A DNA stretch of 64,000 bases from Selaginella moellendorffii (Eukaryota > Plantae > Lycopodiophyta), in assembly GCF_000143415.4 (NCBI RefSeq), contig NW_003314392.1:158390-222389 (forward strand). Direction: 5' to 3'. Within the stretch, counting starts at the first letter, position 1, and each line of letters starts with the position of its first letter. The notes under the pieces are model-generated. The model did not search any database and was not told the DNA's origin. It worked only from the letters and a program-made list of their open reading frames with translations. Shown piece after piece: positions 1-13,371 of the stretch. A program made the position numbers and the translations under genes.

Positions 1-137
1 AAAACAAGTCCACTCAAATAGGTCCCTGGGTCGATGCAACGTGTATGTACATTTCTCCAAGTCCCTTAGGGACTGATACAAAAAACAAGAATCCCTTAGC
101 GTTGTTCACTCAACTACGCTGTCCTGCAATTCTCCAC

Positions 138-3100
138 CTAATAGTGATCGCTGCCCTCCAATCGTGGCTGCTGTGGTCGTCGCCTCCGCAGTGCATCCAG
201 TGCCAGATCGCCACGTCGAGCCTCCTTTGTTACCGTGTCCGAAGGTCTCCATTTCCACTTGACCTCCCCCTTGTGTTCAGTTCCGTAGCACGGAGTCCAT
301 AGTCGTCGCCAAGCTGTGAGTGCCTCCTTGTCTTTCCCATGCTCCTGGAGCATCGTATCCCTCAAGCGGATAGCAGCCAGTGTGAGCCTCCACCAATTCG
401 CCATGATCGCTGAAATCCGAGCGCACTGTCCTTCGAAGTGGTTGCGGTTCCGAGCCTCCCAGAGTGCCTGTACCCCGGAAGCCCGCCATACCTCCCATCT
501 CGCCCGTCCAAGGGCCTCCCACACTGTAGTCCCAACTTCGGCGCCTACCGCGTCCCACCTAACTCGGGTGCCCCATCCTGAGCGTCCCCAACACCCGATC
601 TTCCGCCAAGCTGCTCCTGTGCATGGTCCCCTTGCCTCTGGAAACCATTGGGTGACATCCCCTTCTCGAATTTCGAAATCCTGTTTGTCCCCTAGTTCCC
701 TCGTCGCTTTTGCTACCTACCGCCACGTCTCCTTGGCCACGTCACAATCCCAGAGGAGGTGTGTGACCGTCTCCAGTTCCCCGCATTCCGGACACCCGTG
801 AGCATTCTCCACTTGAAATTGCTGGCCTACTGGCAGCCCATTCATCGCCACGAGCCAAGAGGTTACCTTTGATTTTTCCTGGATCAGTAGTTTCCAGAAC
901 GCCACGGTATTGTCAATCACCTGGTCCGCCTCCACTCCTAGTGCGATCCACTTTTGCCACAGTCATGGGATTTCTTCTCTCTCAAATTCCCTGTTCACCA
1001 TCAAACCGTTCCGCGCATCCTTGACCTCGTAAGTGAAGAAGCTGTTCGCCCCGCGTCTCCATGCTGCTGGGTCCCAGTCCAGATCTTCTATTAACTCTTT
1101 CCTCCACCATACTAGCCGTCCCTCTCCTTCTAGCCAGCATGGTGACTCTACCACTTCTGTCCGAGTTGCTGTCTGTCTTAGAACCCGGATTTGTCCTTTC
1201 ACTTCATCATCCGTGACCTGCGGCATCTGTTGGGGATTCCCCGCCTCGAGGAGTGTGTCGCCTCTCACTACACGAAAAGGCCTACCGAGGTTTTAGTCTG
1301 GGTCTGTCACAAACCACACCTCAATCTCCCCCTCATTCCACGCTGGGGTTGGCATCGTGAATGCCCGAGTCCATTTCCCAAGTGGTACCTGCTCGCCATC
1401 CGACGTCTCCTCCCTTTGAATTGCCACAAAGTCCCCAGTGTGTAGCCTTCTTGCTGGCCATTTATCCACTGTCCATGCTTTTGTCACTGCCCGCAGTAGC
1501 TTCAGTAGATCCCACTGCACGTCCCGCCATTTCCCTGGCCCAAAAACTTGGAAGCGCCGGGACGATTTCTGTGGATCCGGATCTACCACTCCAACTAGTT
1601 GTTTGACTGTCCTGAAGCCTCCTTGGTGTACCCGCCTCCATATGGTGTAGTGATTCTCTCGGCCTAGTGTCCTGTCTCCTGCCTTGAACAACTCGTTGAA
1701 AAACAGCGGCTGATTCAGCCAGTCCTCTACCCTATTCTGGATGACCTGCGTCACTGGAAATGACTTCCAGAGCCGATGGAGACCCTGGACCAACTGGCCT
1801 CCCCCTACCACCTGTGTTTGGCCCTCCGCGAACATCCAGCGGGGGTCCTCATCCCACACTCTTGCGAATCCATGCTTCGGCCTGATGGCTAGCATGCTCT
1901 GCCTGAACAAGAGCTTCCAAGCTTGGGCCCCCGGTTGAAGGCCCATTAGTATGACTTTGTACCTCAGCGCCTTGCTCATGTCGCTTGGGTCAATTATCCC
2001 CAAGCCGCCTAAAACTCGTGGCCTCGCCGTCGACTGCCATGCCACCTTGGCCATCGTCCGGCCACTGACCAGCGCTCCCTTCCACACATACGTGTGCACC
2101 ATGGACCTTATGCACTTGAATGTTGTCTCTAGAACCGGCCATACTGAGAGGTGGTACCACGTACATGGCAACACGATGCTTTTTGCCACCACCACCCTTG
2201 CCGGCAGTCCCAGTTTCCGTGGCGCCCATTTCTGAATCGCTGTTCTGGTCCTCCGCAGCAGCGCTAAGTCCTGCGTAGAAGCTTTGAACTCACCTCCTAC
2301 CTGAATTCCCAGGTAGCGTGTGTCCTCCCCTGGTGGTAACCACTGAAAGTCGATGTCGCGTCCCCACGCCTCTATGTCAGATTCCCCCCAATTGATTCCT
2401 ATTGACTTGTTCCAGTTGATGGCCGCTCCTGCTGCTGCATTAAAGGCCTCTAGCCTGGCCCTTGTAGTGTCCAGGTTAGCCTTGGTACCTAGCAGAAAGA
2501 GTGTTGTGTCATCCGCAAACGCGCTGTCGAGCAGGTCCCTTCCCACCATTTGAGTTCCTGGGAGTTGCTGTCTTTCCTTGGGTAACTCCACGCCCCTGAT
2601 TCCTTCACCTTCCGCCAGGAATGCCCCTAGAGCCTCCGCAACCATGAGGAAGAGGTACGGAGCCAACGGGCAGCCTTGACGCACCGACCTCCCTAGCCGA
2701 AACCGCGGGCCTGTTTCTCCATTGATGACCACCCTGCTTGATGCTCCCCAGTACAGGAGAGCGATGCGTCTTACCATGGGCGCTGGGATTCCTATCCATC
2801 TCATACAGTCCTCCAGGAAGTCCCAGTCCACCCGGTCGTACGCCTTCTCAAAATCCAGTAGCCACGCCACCACATTCTGCCTCGAGGATTTTGCCCATCT
2901 TTGGGCCAGGAGATAAGTCCAGATATTCTCCGCAATCTGTCTCCCTGGTACAAAGCCTGTCTGTTGTTCTCGAATAATGATGGGCATCACCGGTTGCAAT
3001 TTAAGCGCCATCGCCTTGGCGTAGATTTTGTACGCTGTGGTGAGCATTGTTATTGGTCTCCAGTTGCGTAGCTCTTGAAGGTCCCCTCTCTTTGGAAGCA

Positions 3101-4655
3101 GTGCGATCTGGCCCTCCAGTATCTCCGCCGGGAGCTGCCCTGCTTGCTGTGCCTTCGTCCAGGCCTCCATCATCAGCGGACCAATCACCTCCCAGTTGCT
3201 CTGAAAGAATCTCGGGGGCAGTCCATCTACCCCGGGCATTTTGTCATCACTCAATCTGTCCAAGGCCTTGCAGAGATCTTCTATGGTGAGATCTGCCACG
3301 AGTTGTTTGTTCCATTCCTGTGGGACTCTATGCCGCAGAGTTTTCAACACCTTTTTTGCTGCCTGGGCTCTGGCTGTAGTCCCTGGTTGTGCGGTGTACA
3401 GCTGCTCGTAGAACCTTTGTGCCAGTTCCTGCATGCCTTGCTAATCCTCCACCAACTTTCCATCCTCTGCCTTGAGACCAAGAATGGGTGGTGAGTCTGA
3501 GACTGGGCGGATACCTTTGTAGAAGGCCTTGTTCAGCAGCCGCTTGTTTACCGCCCATGAGTCCTCCTAAGTACGCACTCCAGAGCTCCAAGCCGCAAAT
3601 TCCCTCTCCTGTAGTTCTGCTTCCCTCTGATCTAGGGCCGCTTGCCACCTTCCTGCGTCCTTGGCCGTCAGCACCATCCTTTGAGCTGCTGCCACCTTCT
3701 TCCTTGCTAGGCGCAGCTCCTTCATTACTTCACCCTTTATCGCCCGCTGTCTCTCTCTCAGCTGGTCCGAGCAGCCTTGCAGTACTGTGGTGAGCACCAG
3801 TTCGCTCCCCTCCAGAATCCGACTAACTTGTGCCGCTGCCTGTGCGTCTGCCAGGGTGTGGATTGAGATGGCTCGCTGCACTGCTTTACCTTTGTCTTTC
3901 TGGAGCTTGATTATACACCGGACTGGGTCGTGGTCCGAAAAAGAGGGGAAACAAGGCCATGTTTTGAGACTCCCGCCATCTTTTCTCACTCTAGGGGAGG
4001 CGTAGATCCTGTCCAGTCGTGACTGACAGCTTGTTGACTCCCGACGGGTGTAGGGGTGCGCATGGGGGGCGAATCCTTCCTCGTGCTGCAGGTCCACGAG
4101 GTCCAGCTGTTCTGCCAGTGCCAGCCATTGTAGTTGTTCCTGGCCCTGGATGGTCTCTTGGCCTCCTCTCCTGTCCTCTGTGTTTTCCACCATGTTGAAA
4201 TCCCCTATCACCAGCCAATGCTCTGCCCGGCCTCTTGCTTTCACTCGAAGTTCTTCCCAGAACCGGGTCCGGGCCTGTCTGTTGGTTGGGGCGTACACGT
4301 TTAGGATCCCTACTCGTCCAAAGTGTATGCTGAGCACCAGGAGCTGTGCTCTCCCCGGCACCAACACTTCATGATCCCTCGCTTGCGCTGACCATCTGGT
4401 GGAGACCACAATGGCTGTGCCCCCCCCTAGCCTGGACCGGGCTGCTACCGCTGCGTTCCACCACGTTTTCCCTCTCATGCCGAAGTTGTAATCCGGTTCA
4501 GCGTCCATCTTGTGTTCCTGGATGCATAGAAGGTCTATCCCGCCTTCCAGTCCCAACTCCCTTATATGCGACTTGAGTTGGATTTTTTTGTGGAGCCCCT
4601 TGTCCGTGGAACTGAGGCCTCGGCAGTTCCATGTCAAGCACGTTAAGGTCGTCAT
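138..4655 (-). pseudogene. LINE ORF2 (APE endonuclease, reverse transcriptase, zf-RVT), one frame with 5 in-frame stops
   Basis: Endonuclease motifs TWNCRGL, LCIQE, NVYAP, IGDFN, SRLDRIY, SDHDPV. RT motifs WRPITML, LLDFEKAYDRV, RQGCPLAP, FADD, YLGI. Zinc motif CPEC..ETVTHLLWDC. ORF pieces 3567-4928, 1293-3434, 963-1268, 717-935 and 138-524 share one frame; stops at 3567, 3441, 1293, 963 and 717. Confidence 0.92.
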
Positions 4656-6145
4656 GGTGCGATATACTTCCAGGAAAACCTGTTGGTGCTCGGCTGCGCC
4701 CTCCACTCTGTGGAGATGGTCCACACTGCCGTTGGCTTCCCTCGGTGTCTGGCCCAAGAGAATCCCCGTACCGTAAATTTTGCGAATCCTGTCCACTCTG
4801 TTATCGCTCGCTCCATCCGAGTCTGGTAGTCTCCGAGAGCTACTATCTCTGGGAAAGTCCCATTTCCACGCTGGACCAGCCAGTCTCCGGCCTCTGACGC
4901 TGCCAGCTCTCTCTTCGGGGGAATCCATCGGATCGCCAAATTCACTGTTTTGGGGAGTACTGTCTGGAAGCCTTCCACGCTGGTTTCCACTGGGGGATCT
5001 TCAAAAAGCCTACTCTTAGAGCCCGAACCTGCTACAGGTGGGGCCATCGGGAACCTGATGTGTGGGGCACAAGCTGGTTCACGTTGTAGTAGCACCTTTT
5101 CTTCCTCCACTGGAAGCTCGAATGGCCGTTCCAGGGCCAATTTCTCCGTCCTCGCTGTGCATGCTATCTCCTGGTGGCCCAGCCTCTGACAGATCCTACA
5201 CCTTTTCCCTGTGGTTTCTGTTTGGACCCTGATGTATTGTCCCAATACAGCCAACTCCGTTGGGGTCTCTGCTGGAGAGTCTACAAAGACTTTTAGCCTG
5301 ATCGGCCCTAGCACTCCGCCAGCTTCCACAGTATCCAGCCCTGAAGCAATATTCCCAATACTGCTTTCCACCAACTCTTTCACCACGTCCTGTGATCTCA
5401 TCTCCATCGGGACATCCCAGAGTGCGATATTGAGAGGAAAGCTCCCTCCCTTCAGTCGTGCTTGTTCCTCTGCAGTAAACCTTGGGACCCAGGGGTGGAA
5501 AGACACAGCCCATTGGCTGTCAATCACTCCATGCAGCTCCTCTGCTCGTCTTCTTGCCTCCTCATCCTCGAACACGACTGTGTAGCACCCTTTACCATGC
5601 GGGAGTAGCTTCTGGACCGTGATCCCTTTCTCCAGCGATGCGTTGAGCCAGTCGATGGCTAGGCATCCTGTTGGGAAGCTACCTCAGAAGACCGCGATAG
5701 TTGCTTTTAGTTTCAGCTCTGCTTCCTTGGCCGCCACTACTTGCTGCAAGTGGTCCCGCAGCTGCACTGCTTTAGTCCTGCTATTATGCATTACCCTCTC
5801 ACTATTGGGGACCTGTACGTTTGTCTTCCTCTCTAAGCCGTCTCCGCTTCCATGCTTGCCCTCCTTGCTGTTCTGTCCTGCGTCGGCGTCCTGGTCCTTG
5901 GGTCCCTCAGGGTCCTTGGACTGAACCTCTCTCCCACCGTTTCCTCCATCTCTTTCTGCTTGTTCTTTGGGGCACTCAGCTTCCTCTCTTTCAGACAGGT
6001 CTCCTGCTTTCTTTTCGATTGCCTTGCCACCCTTCCTGGAGACTTGCTTCTTCTCGTGGACTGGTGACTCCTCTTGCTGTAGGAATTCTTCCACTGCTTC
6101 TGTCCACTCTGTCCTCTCTTGCTCCTTGCTCCACGCTTTCGGGGG
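4652..6145 (-). pseudogene. LINE ORF1 (gag-like, zinc knuckle), one internal stop
   Basis: CRICQRLGHQEIAC is CX2CX4HX4C. Pieces 5684-6160 and 4652-5575 are in frame with a TGA at 5684-5686. Confidence 0.8.
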
Positions 6146-9100
6146 TTGGATGGAGACCATCGCACTGCTGCAGAGCGGACAGCATGGGATCGCCTCATTG
6201 TTAAGCTTGGAGTCTTTGACGCATGGGACCTAGACTCGGTTCTTCCTCATGACCCCCGCTTCTCGTTCCAGGAAGCTCGTCTCCGAGGAATTCAATGACG
6301 ACTTGACTGGATCTACATTGACCTGTCTCTGGTTCTCCTGGGGGGACACCTGCGCATGTCCTCGGATTATGATGACTTCTCGGATCATCGACCCGTCTTC
6401 CTTGAGATTCGGCTGCAGCGAGAAGCAGGAGTTCGAAGGCAACCAGCGATCCCGGGCAAGGTTTTTTCTGGACCAGATGGCACAACAAAGCTCGCTGAGT
6501 TATGGGAGTCCCGGCAGTGGCGGCTGGCTGACTTCACGAAGGAGGTTTCAGACCAGCTTCGGTGCTCTCTGCAGGCTAAATGCAGAAAGGCGTTTGGGCG
6601 AGTTCAGGCCTTGCGGGAAAACCTTATGGCAGTGTGCCGACTGACTCGGCTCCATCCTGAAGACACGTGGCTTGGACGAAAGGAGCTTCTCAAAGCTGAG
6701 CTAGACAAGTTTGAGGGGGAGAAGATGGAAGCGTTTGTAGGAAAAGGGACTTGGATCAACAATGAACTCAAGCTGAACCGGGAGTTCTTCAACGCCATCA
6801 CCACCAAGTTCGCTTCACCGCCGGTGTTTGGCCTTAAGGACGAAGCTGGGACACTCCACATGGATCTACCGCAGCTGCATATCATGGCGGCCCGATTCTA
6901 CTCGGAGCTGTTCACTGAGAAACCTTGGACCCCAGAGTGCCAAAGGATATTGGAGGAAGTCCTTCAGCATGTCCCATGCCGGATTAACACAGACATGGCC
7001 GGCCTGCTTCTTCACCGGTTCATGCTTGATGAGCTCAAGGCTGCTCTCGACGAACTGCCAGAGGACAAGTCCTCGGGGGAAGATGGCCTGCCGCCCCAGT
7101 TCTACCAAGCTAACTGGTCATGGCTGGGCCCAGTGCTCCTTCAGCAGTGGGAAACTACCAGAAGGGAGGGATGCTGGCCTGAGGGAGACATGGACGGCAT
7201 TATCACTCTCATACCGAAGAAGGGAGCAGACCTTGCCTACCTGCGTAACTGGTGACCGATAACGATGTTGAATACGGGATACAAAATCCTGGCTAAGGTG
7301 CTGGCCCTCCGCCTTCAGCCGCTGATGCTCAAAGTGGTTAGGGACGTGCAAAACGGCTTCATCCCTGGGCGCCAGCTGTTCAACAACGTTGCCTCTTTAC
7401 TCCTGAGCCAGGAAACTGCTGGTGACTCGGGACAGGACGTTTGCTTTCTACTGCTGGATTATGAGAAAGCTTACGATCAAGTTGACTGGGCATTCCTTCA
7501 GGCTGCCATGCACCGACTGGGAGTACTGCAGCTTTTCGTGCAATGGACGGCGACTTTGTATCAAGGTGCCAGCAGTAAGGTTCTGATCAATGGAAAAGTT
7601 GGCCCGTCTTTGCAGCTGGAGCACTCGGTGAGGCAGGGATGCCTGCTTGCTCCCTATCTGTTCATTTTCGTAGCCGAGGCCCTCGGATATTATCTTGACT
7701 GGAGGGGAGGCCTGAAAGGACTGCAATTACCAGATTGTGACTCTCAACTACGTGACTTCCACATCCAGAAGCAGGACTTGGTGTCCAGCGTGTTTGCGGA
7801 TGACACCACACTGATATTGCAAGCAGATCAGGCCAACTTAGAGTGCACCTACCGGGATTTGGAACTCTTCAATGTGGCAGCTGGAGCAAAGATCAACTGG
7901 CAGAAGTCGGCTGGCATTGAACTCACTCTGGGCACGGTGGCTAGCTGGGGAGCCTGTTGGGGATTGCAATGGCTTCAGCCGGGGCAGACAGAATGCTATC
8001 TGGGATTCCAGATAGGTGTGACTTACAGCGCCAAAGCAATGGATGAAGCCGCTTTGACGAAACTCCACTCTCAGCTGCAGTACTGGGCATCCCGCAAGCT
8101 CTCGCTTTACGCCCACAGCATCGTTGTCAACCAGGTGGTTCTCAGAGTAGCTTCCTGCTGGACACTTGGCAAGAGAATGGCACAAAAGATGGCGGGACTG
8201 TTGTGCAGGTATATGTGGCGAGGCAAAGCGGCAGCGGCGCGAGGAGGATGCCAAGTGGCATGGGAATCAGTTACTGCTCGTCGAGCAGCTGGGGGACTTG
8301 GTATCATCAATGTCGAACGTCAAGCTCGGGCGCTCCTAGCAAAGCTGGTGGTTCGCTGCCCACAACCAGGCACTCAGCCGTGGAAACTTATGCTTCGAGC
8401 AAGGTTTCTACGCATCCTACCGGATAGAGGAGATTGCTCGCACAGAGATTGGGGACAAGATGAAGCATGGCTACTTCACCCGGAAGTCTCAAAGTTCCCG
8501 GGTGCAGGCAACACGTTCTCGGGGAAACTCTTTCGGGTATGGCAGGTGATCAGATCTCAGCTCCGCTATGTCCCCCTGGAAAGAATAGAGGAGCTCAACG
8601 CTATGCTAGTCTTCCTCAATGCGGTCTTTATGGTGGATGGCAAGGCAATCGGAGCACAGGGAAACAGGGGATTGGATGACACGGCTAGGCTGCTACAGGC
8701 CGTGGGGATTTCTAGGTTCGGACAGCTCGCACCAATTGCAGGACTAGCCTCGGACGCAGACAAAGCCAGGGAGATGCTGCAAGTGTTTCACTTACGAGTA
8801 TCCCTGCGTAGACTCCACGACTTCTTTCAGCTGTTCGACCAGGCTACTGACCAGCTACTCTCAGCAGTAGAGATCGAACAGGCCATCCGCCCCGGGGATT
8901 GGTTAGTGACCAGCAGAGAGATCTGGTTTGTACGCAGTGCCGAGAATCGCCAAGTTTTTTTATTTCAGCTGGATCCCTTACCCGGACGACTTTACCTGAT
9001 AATGGCGCCACAGATTTCGGCCATCCTCTCCTTCACAGGAGCAGAGCGGATACGGGTCGTCAACACCGGAAAATACCCAGATCTCTCTTCTTGGCCGGAA

Positions 9101-10030
9101 CCCGGGAAGTGGCATCGCCTTTTCTGGTTTCGGATGCAGCCGGTAGCTCTTCTCACATTTGACCCTGGCAGGTGGATTTGGCCTGGGGTGGCAGATGTTC
9201 CTGATGAGGAGTTTTTCGCCTACTCGGTCTGGGGAGCCCGGTTACGACAAGCACCGCTTGCTCCTACGGGACTTCAGGCTGCAGCGAAGAAGGCAGGAGT
9301 TCACGAGACTTTCACTGGATCACTACCACGCTGTGGGAAGGTCCACTACCAGCTCACCTCAGGCCGTTTCTATGGCTACTACTCCAAGATCGGCTGCCGT
9401 TCTTGGCCAAGTTACACCTTCCTTCCGCGGCCTGCCACTTCTGTGGGGCGAGAGAGACCTCCCGCCACGCGCTTTGGGAGTGTGACCGTGTCCGAGCTAT
9501 CTGGGGTGCTGTGATCAAGCTGCTGCAGCGGATCCGACCATGGCCCCTCAGTGTGTCATGGGAGAGCGTTCTCTGGGGTGCGGTTGCCGGCAGTACGAGA
9601 CACTCGGAGGGCTGGTGGGCATGCCCAGCGCTTACCAATCCAAGATGGCGTCTCACTTCCAGCCCGCTAGGGATTTTGGCTGACCTTCCCGGAGGCCCAT
9701 GGGAAGTCCTTAGAGCAGTCACTTGCTGGGAAATCTGGAAAAGCCGAAATCATAAGGTGTTCGACAACAAAGACGTACCGAAAGAGGTCTCGCTGGCCTG
9801 CGTTTGGAGCTCCAGTATAGCAGCCGCTGCTGCAGCCGTGGAGCGGAAAATGGCAGTCTTGAAGACGGATGTGACGGAAGCCTTATGCCAGGAATGGTCC
9901 CCGGTCATGGGATCATGGATTCAGGGGCGACCGAGATGGAAATGGACCGCGCCTGCCTGGTTCCTGGCGTTTGAACCTCCTTGATCCTTGTAACAGGGCT
10001 ATGGTCATGTGTTGGCCAGCCCCACTCAGT
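6146..10030 (+). mobile_element. L1-clade LINE (copy 2, different family), 5'-truncated within the endonuclease domain; ORF2 pseudogene
   Basis: RLDWIY..DFSDHRPV (endonuclease end), LRNW*PITML, LLDYEKAYDQV, RQGCLLAP, FADD, YLGF, CHFC..ETSRHALWEC. Stops at about 6296 and at 7253; frameshift near 9300-9400. Confidence 0.9.
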
Positions 10031-11668
10031 ACCTTAAGAAATACAAACCCCCCTGTTAAACAAACAAACATGTAATGAGAAACCATGCATTGAGTTTAAC
10101 AAGTTTGCAGAATACTTTCTGAAATGGTGGTTCCTGCATTGGGGCAACAGATATCCAGCACATGAAGAGCTGGAATCTGCTACCTGGAGGTGACCACAAT
10201 ACCAAAAAGTTAACAAGAATTTCCCACACAAAGAAATGCGTGAGGCCTTGTGTGGTGTGACAACATAAGAAAGAAAGAAAGAAAGTGGTTATACCTGAGC
10301 TTTTGAAGCACTTAAAAATTATACACTTCCGCATGTGCTTCACACTTGAACTCTCTTGACTATGGATCCGGAGGAAACGATCACTTTCCTCATTTTGGAA
10401 TTAACCGTGTCAGCGGGTTCAAGAGCGAAACACAAGTTAAAATGCATAAAGACACAAATTACTTATCAATTGCTGATCAAATTTCGCCGGTATTCTCAAA
10501 ATAAAAAATTGGTCCTTCAATGTGGTCCCCCAACATCACTATTGTGACTCAATGGATTCGGAGTGAATGATAATGTTTTTCAATTCGGGATTCACCATGT
10601 CACAATGATGAGGCAGAAGACCACATTAAAATGCATAATGAGTGAACACAACATTTTGAAGACCAATAGATGGCCAAATTTCGCCAGTATTCTCAAAATA
10701 AAAAATTGGTTAGTTGGAACTACAATAAAATGTAGTAGTTACCTTTTTCAAACGCACTAAGCTTATTCCCATATTCTCTTTCATTCTGGATGAAGAAAAA
10801 CCATTAGAAAACATGCAGAAAAAAAACATTTACATCCATCTTCTCCTCGACTATCTTCAGAGCTCCGGATTATCCAGCGCAACTGAAAATAAACATATCA
10901 TTACACGGCATCAGCCAGACGATCACTCTCTTGTAATTAAAATATCAGTTCAAAGGGACAGAAGCAAGAGACAAATTTCAGAACTAGGATGAATGACTGA
11001 CGCAGATTTTCTGGTAAAAGAGTTCCAGTAGGTCCAGGAGAATGAGCCAAACAACAATTGACACAACATTAAACATATGTTAAGTCAACTGTTTTTTGAC
11101 TTCCAGAACCAGCAGCCCAGCACCCTTCGACTAGTGGAACTCCTCCCAAAAAATCTGCGGCAGTCGTTAACCCAGCTCTGAGTTTCATCTTGTGTTATCG
11201 TCCCTCAAAACTGACATTTCAATTGCAAGACGGTTGACCTGGCCGAACTGTAGTACACACTTGCAGAGCAGAAGTTTCAAAGGTGGTTGTCATAGATCCA
11301 CAAGAATGATCATTTGGACAAGGCGACATAGTGATATGTTACGTCCAATTGCACTAGATGATCCCAGGCCTTAAAAATAGCCGAAGAGAAGATGGACGTA
11401 GAGTTTCTTTTTGCACTTTGCAAACATAATGAGCTCCACAATCCACAGCAATTACCTTATCTAGGCATTTGCTGCAAGCAACAAATCCAGCACTTATTTG
11501 CTAGGTAGTGGTCCATCTAGAAGGCATTCCAATGTCACTCTTGACACTTTAGTGAAGGCCTAGAGCTTTTCTTACAAGCCAATATGAAGGATAGGGGAAA
11601 ACATTCACAATTAGTGTAGTGACAACAAATTATAAAGAATTAAAGAGAACAACTTGAGGATAACAACT

Positions 11669-12130
11669 TGAATTTGGATTTCTCGAGAGGTTACTCAACT
11701 TAGTATTATTCAAACCTAAGGACATTTAACCCCAAATATCCCAAAACCCTTAACCGATTGGAAAAGGGAGTGTCATAGACCTTTTACCTTTATATTTGAA
11801 CCCCATGGATTTGGTTGCTTACAATCTACTATGCTTTCTTGCAAATTCACGCCCTTGTGAATAAAAGTTGAGAGCCAAACTCTCCTGAGAACCCCGCTCT
11901 CTTGACACCCTACCCTTTAGGTCGAGCCCAGCTAGAGCAAAGTGGACCTGCCAGATGTCAATCAACATGTGGTGCAATTCCCTTATCCAACCAACAAAGT
12001 CAGATTGAAGACCCTCTTTAATACCAAATGTAAGCTTCTGAATTTGGACTTTCTGAGAGGTCACTTAACATAATATTATTTAAACCGAACCAAGACCCTT
12101 AACCGATTGGAAAAAGGGGTGCACTTTTAT
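11669..12130 (-). mobile_element. Decayed Cassandra TRIM (LTR-internal-LTR remnant)
   Basis: Colinear with the intact Cassandra at 19893-20485, with many C>T/G>A changes. Degenerate PBS taatacca near 12019-12026. Confidence 0.8.
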
Positions 12131-12706
12131 ATAAGAAACCAACTCCCCGAAGTGTCGTAGGCTAAAGGATCCCCGAAAGCATGACCAAAATAACAAAGAG
12201 TTCATCGGATGGGACAGAGTCTGAGATCGAGTCCAAGACCGACTCTAAGACCGAGTTCAAGATAGAGTCCGGGATCGAGTCCGAGGCCGAATTGGAGACC
12301 GAGTTCGAGACTAAGTTCGAGACCGAGTTCGAGACAAAGTCCGAAATCCGAATCGGGTCCAAGACCGAGTCCGAGGTCAAGTCCGAAGTCAAGTCCAAGA
12401 TCGGGTCCAAGATCAAGTCCTTTTATGTAAGGAACCAACTCCCTGAAGTGTCATAGGCTAAAGGATCTCTGAAAGCATGACTAAAATGACAAAGAGTTCA
12501 TCGGATGGGACCGAGTCTGAGATCGAGTCCAAGACCGACTCTGAGACCGAGTTCGAGATAGAGTCTGGGATCAAGCCCGAGGCCGAATCGGAGACCAAGT
12601 TCGAGACAGAGTCCGAGATCCGAATCGGGTCCAAGACAGAGTCCGAGGTCGAGTCCGAAGTCGAGTCCGAGATCGGGTCTGAGATCGAGTCCGAGATCGA
12701 GTCCAA
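12131..12706. repeat. Two tandem ~290-bp units with a GAGTCC/GAGACC/GAGATC hexamer array (LTR-like fragment)
   Basis: Units begin near 12131 and 12426 (t[ag]taag[ag]aaccaactccc..gaagtgtc). Confidence 0.7.
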
Positions 12707-12791
12707 TGTGAAGGATAGGGGAAAACATTCACAATTAGTGTAGTGACAACAAATTGTAAAGAATTAAAGAGAACAACTTGAGGACAACAAC

Positions 12792-13370
12792 TTGAATTTG
12801 GATTTCTCGAGAGGTCACCCAACCCAGTATTATTCAAACTTAAGGACACTTAACCTAAATATCCCAAAACCCTTAATCGATTGGAAAAGGGAGTGCACTT
12901 TTATTCATAGACCCTTTCCCTTTATATTTGAACCTCATGGATCATCTCTCAAATTGTTCCTTTTGGTTGCTTACAATCTACTATGCTTTCTTGCAAGTTC
13001 ACGCCCTTGTGAATAAAAGTTGAGAGCCACAACTCTTCTGAGAGCCCTGCTCTCTTAACACCCTACCCTTTGGGTCGAGCCCAGCCAGAGCAAAGTGGAC
13101 TTGCCAAATGTCAATCAACATGTGGTGCAATTCCCTTATCCAACCAACAAAATCATATTGAAGACCCTCTTTAATACCAAATGTAATCTCCTGAATTTGG
13201 ATTTCTTGAGAGGACACATAACATAATATTATTTAAACCAAGGATACTTAACTCCAAATATCTCAAGACCATTAACCGATTGAAAAAAAGGGTGCACTTT
13301 TATTCATAGGTCTTTTCCTTCTATATTTGAACTGTATAGATCATCTTTCAAATTGTTCCTTTTGGTTAGT
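12792..13370 (-). mobile_element. Decayed Cassandra TRIM, part of a duplicated block (11584-12130 vs 12707-13300)
   Basis: Shares the flank tgaaggataggggaaaacattcacaattagtg and the LTR/internal sequence with the 11.6-kb copy. Confidence 0.8.
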
Positions 13371-13371
13371 A

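Larger units (their letters stand above)
1..6145 (-). mobile_element. L1-clade LINE retrotransposon (copy 1), 5'-truncated within ORF1, inactivated by nonsense codons
   Basis: ORF1 has a CCHC knuckle; ORF2 has APE endonuclease, RT and zf-RVT regions. No poly(A) tail is visible; the 3' end probably lies at or beyond base 1. Confidence 0.93.
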
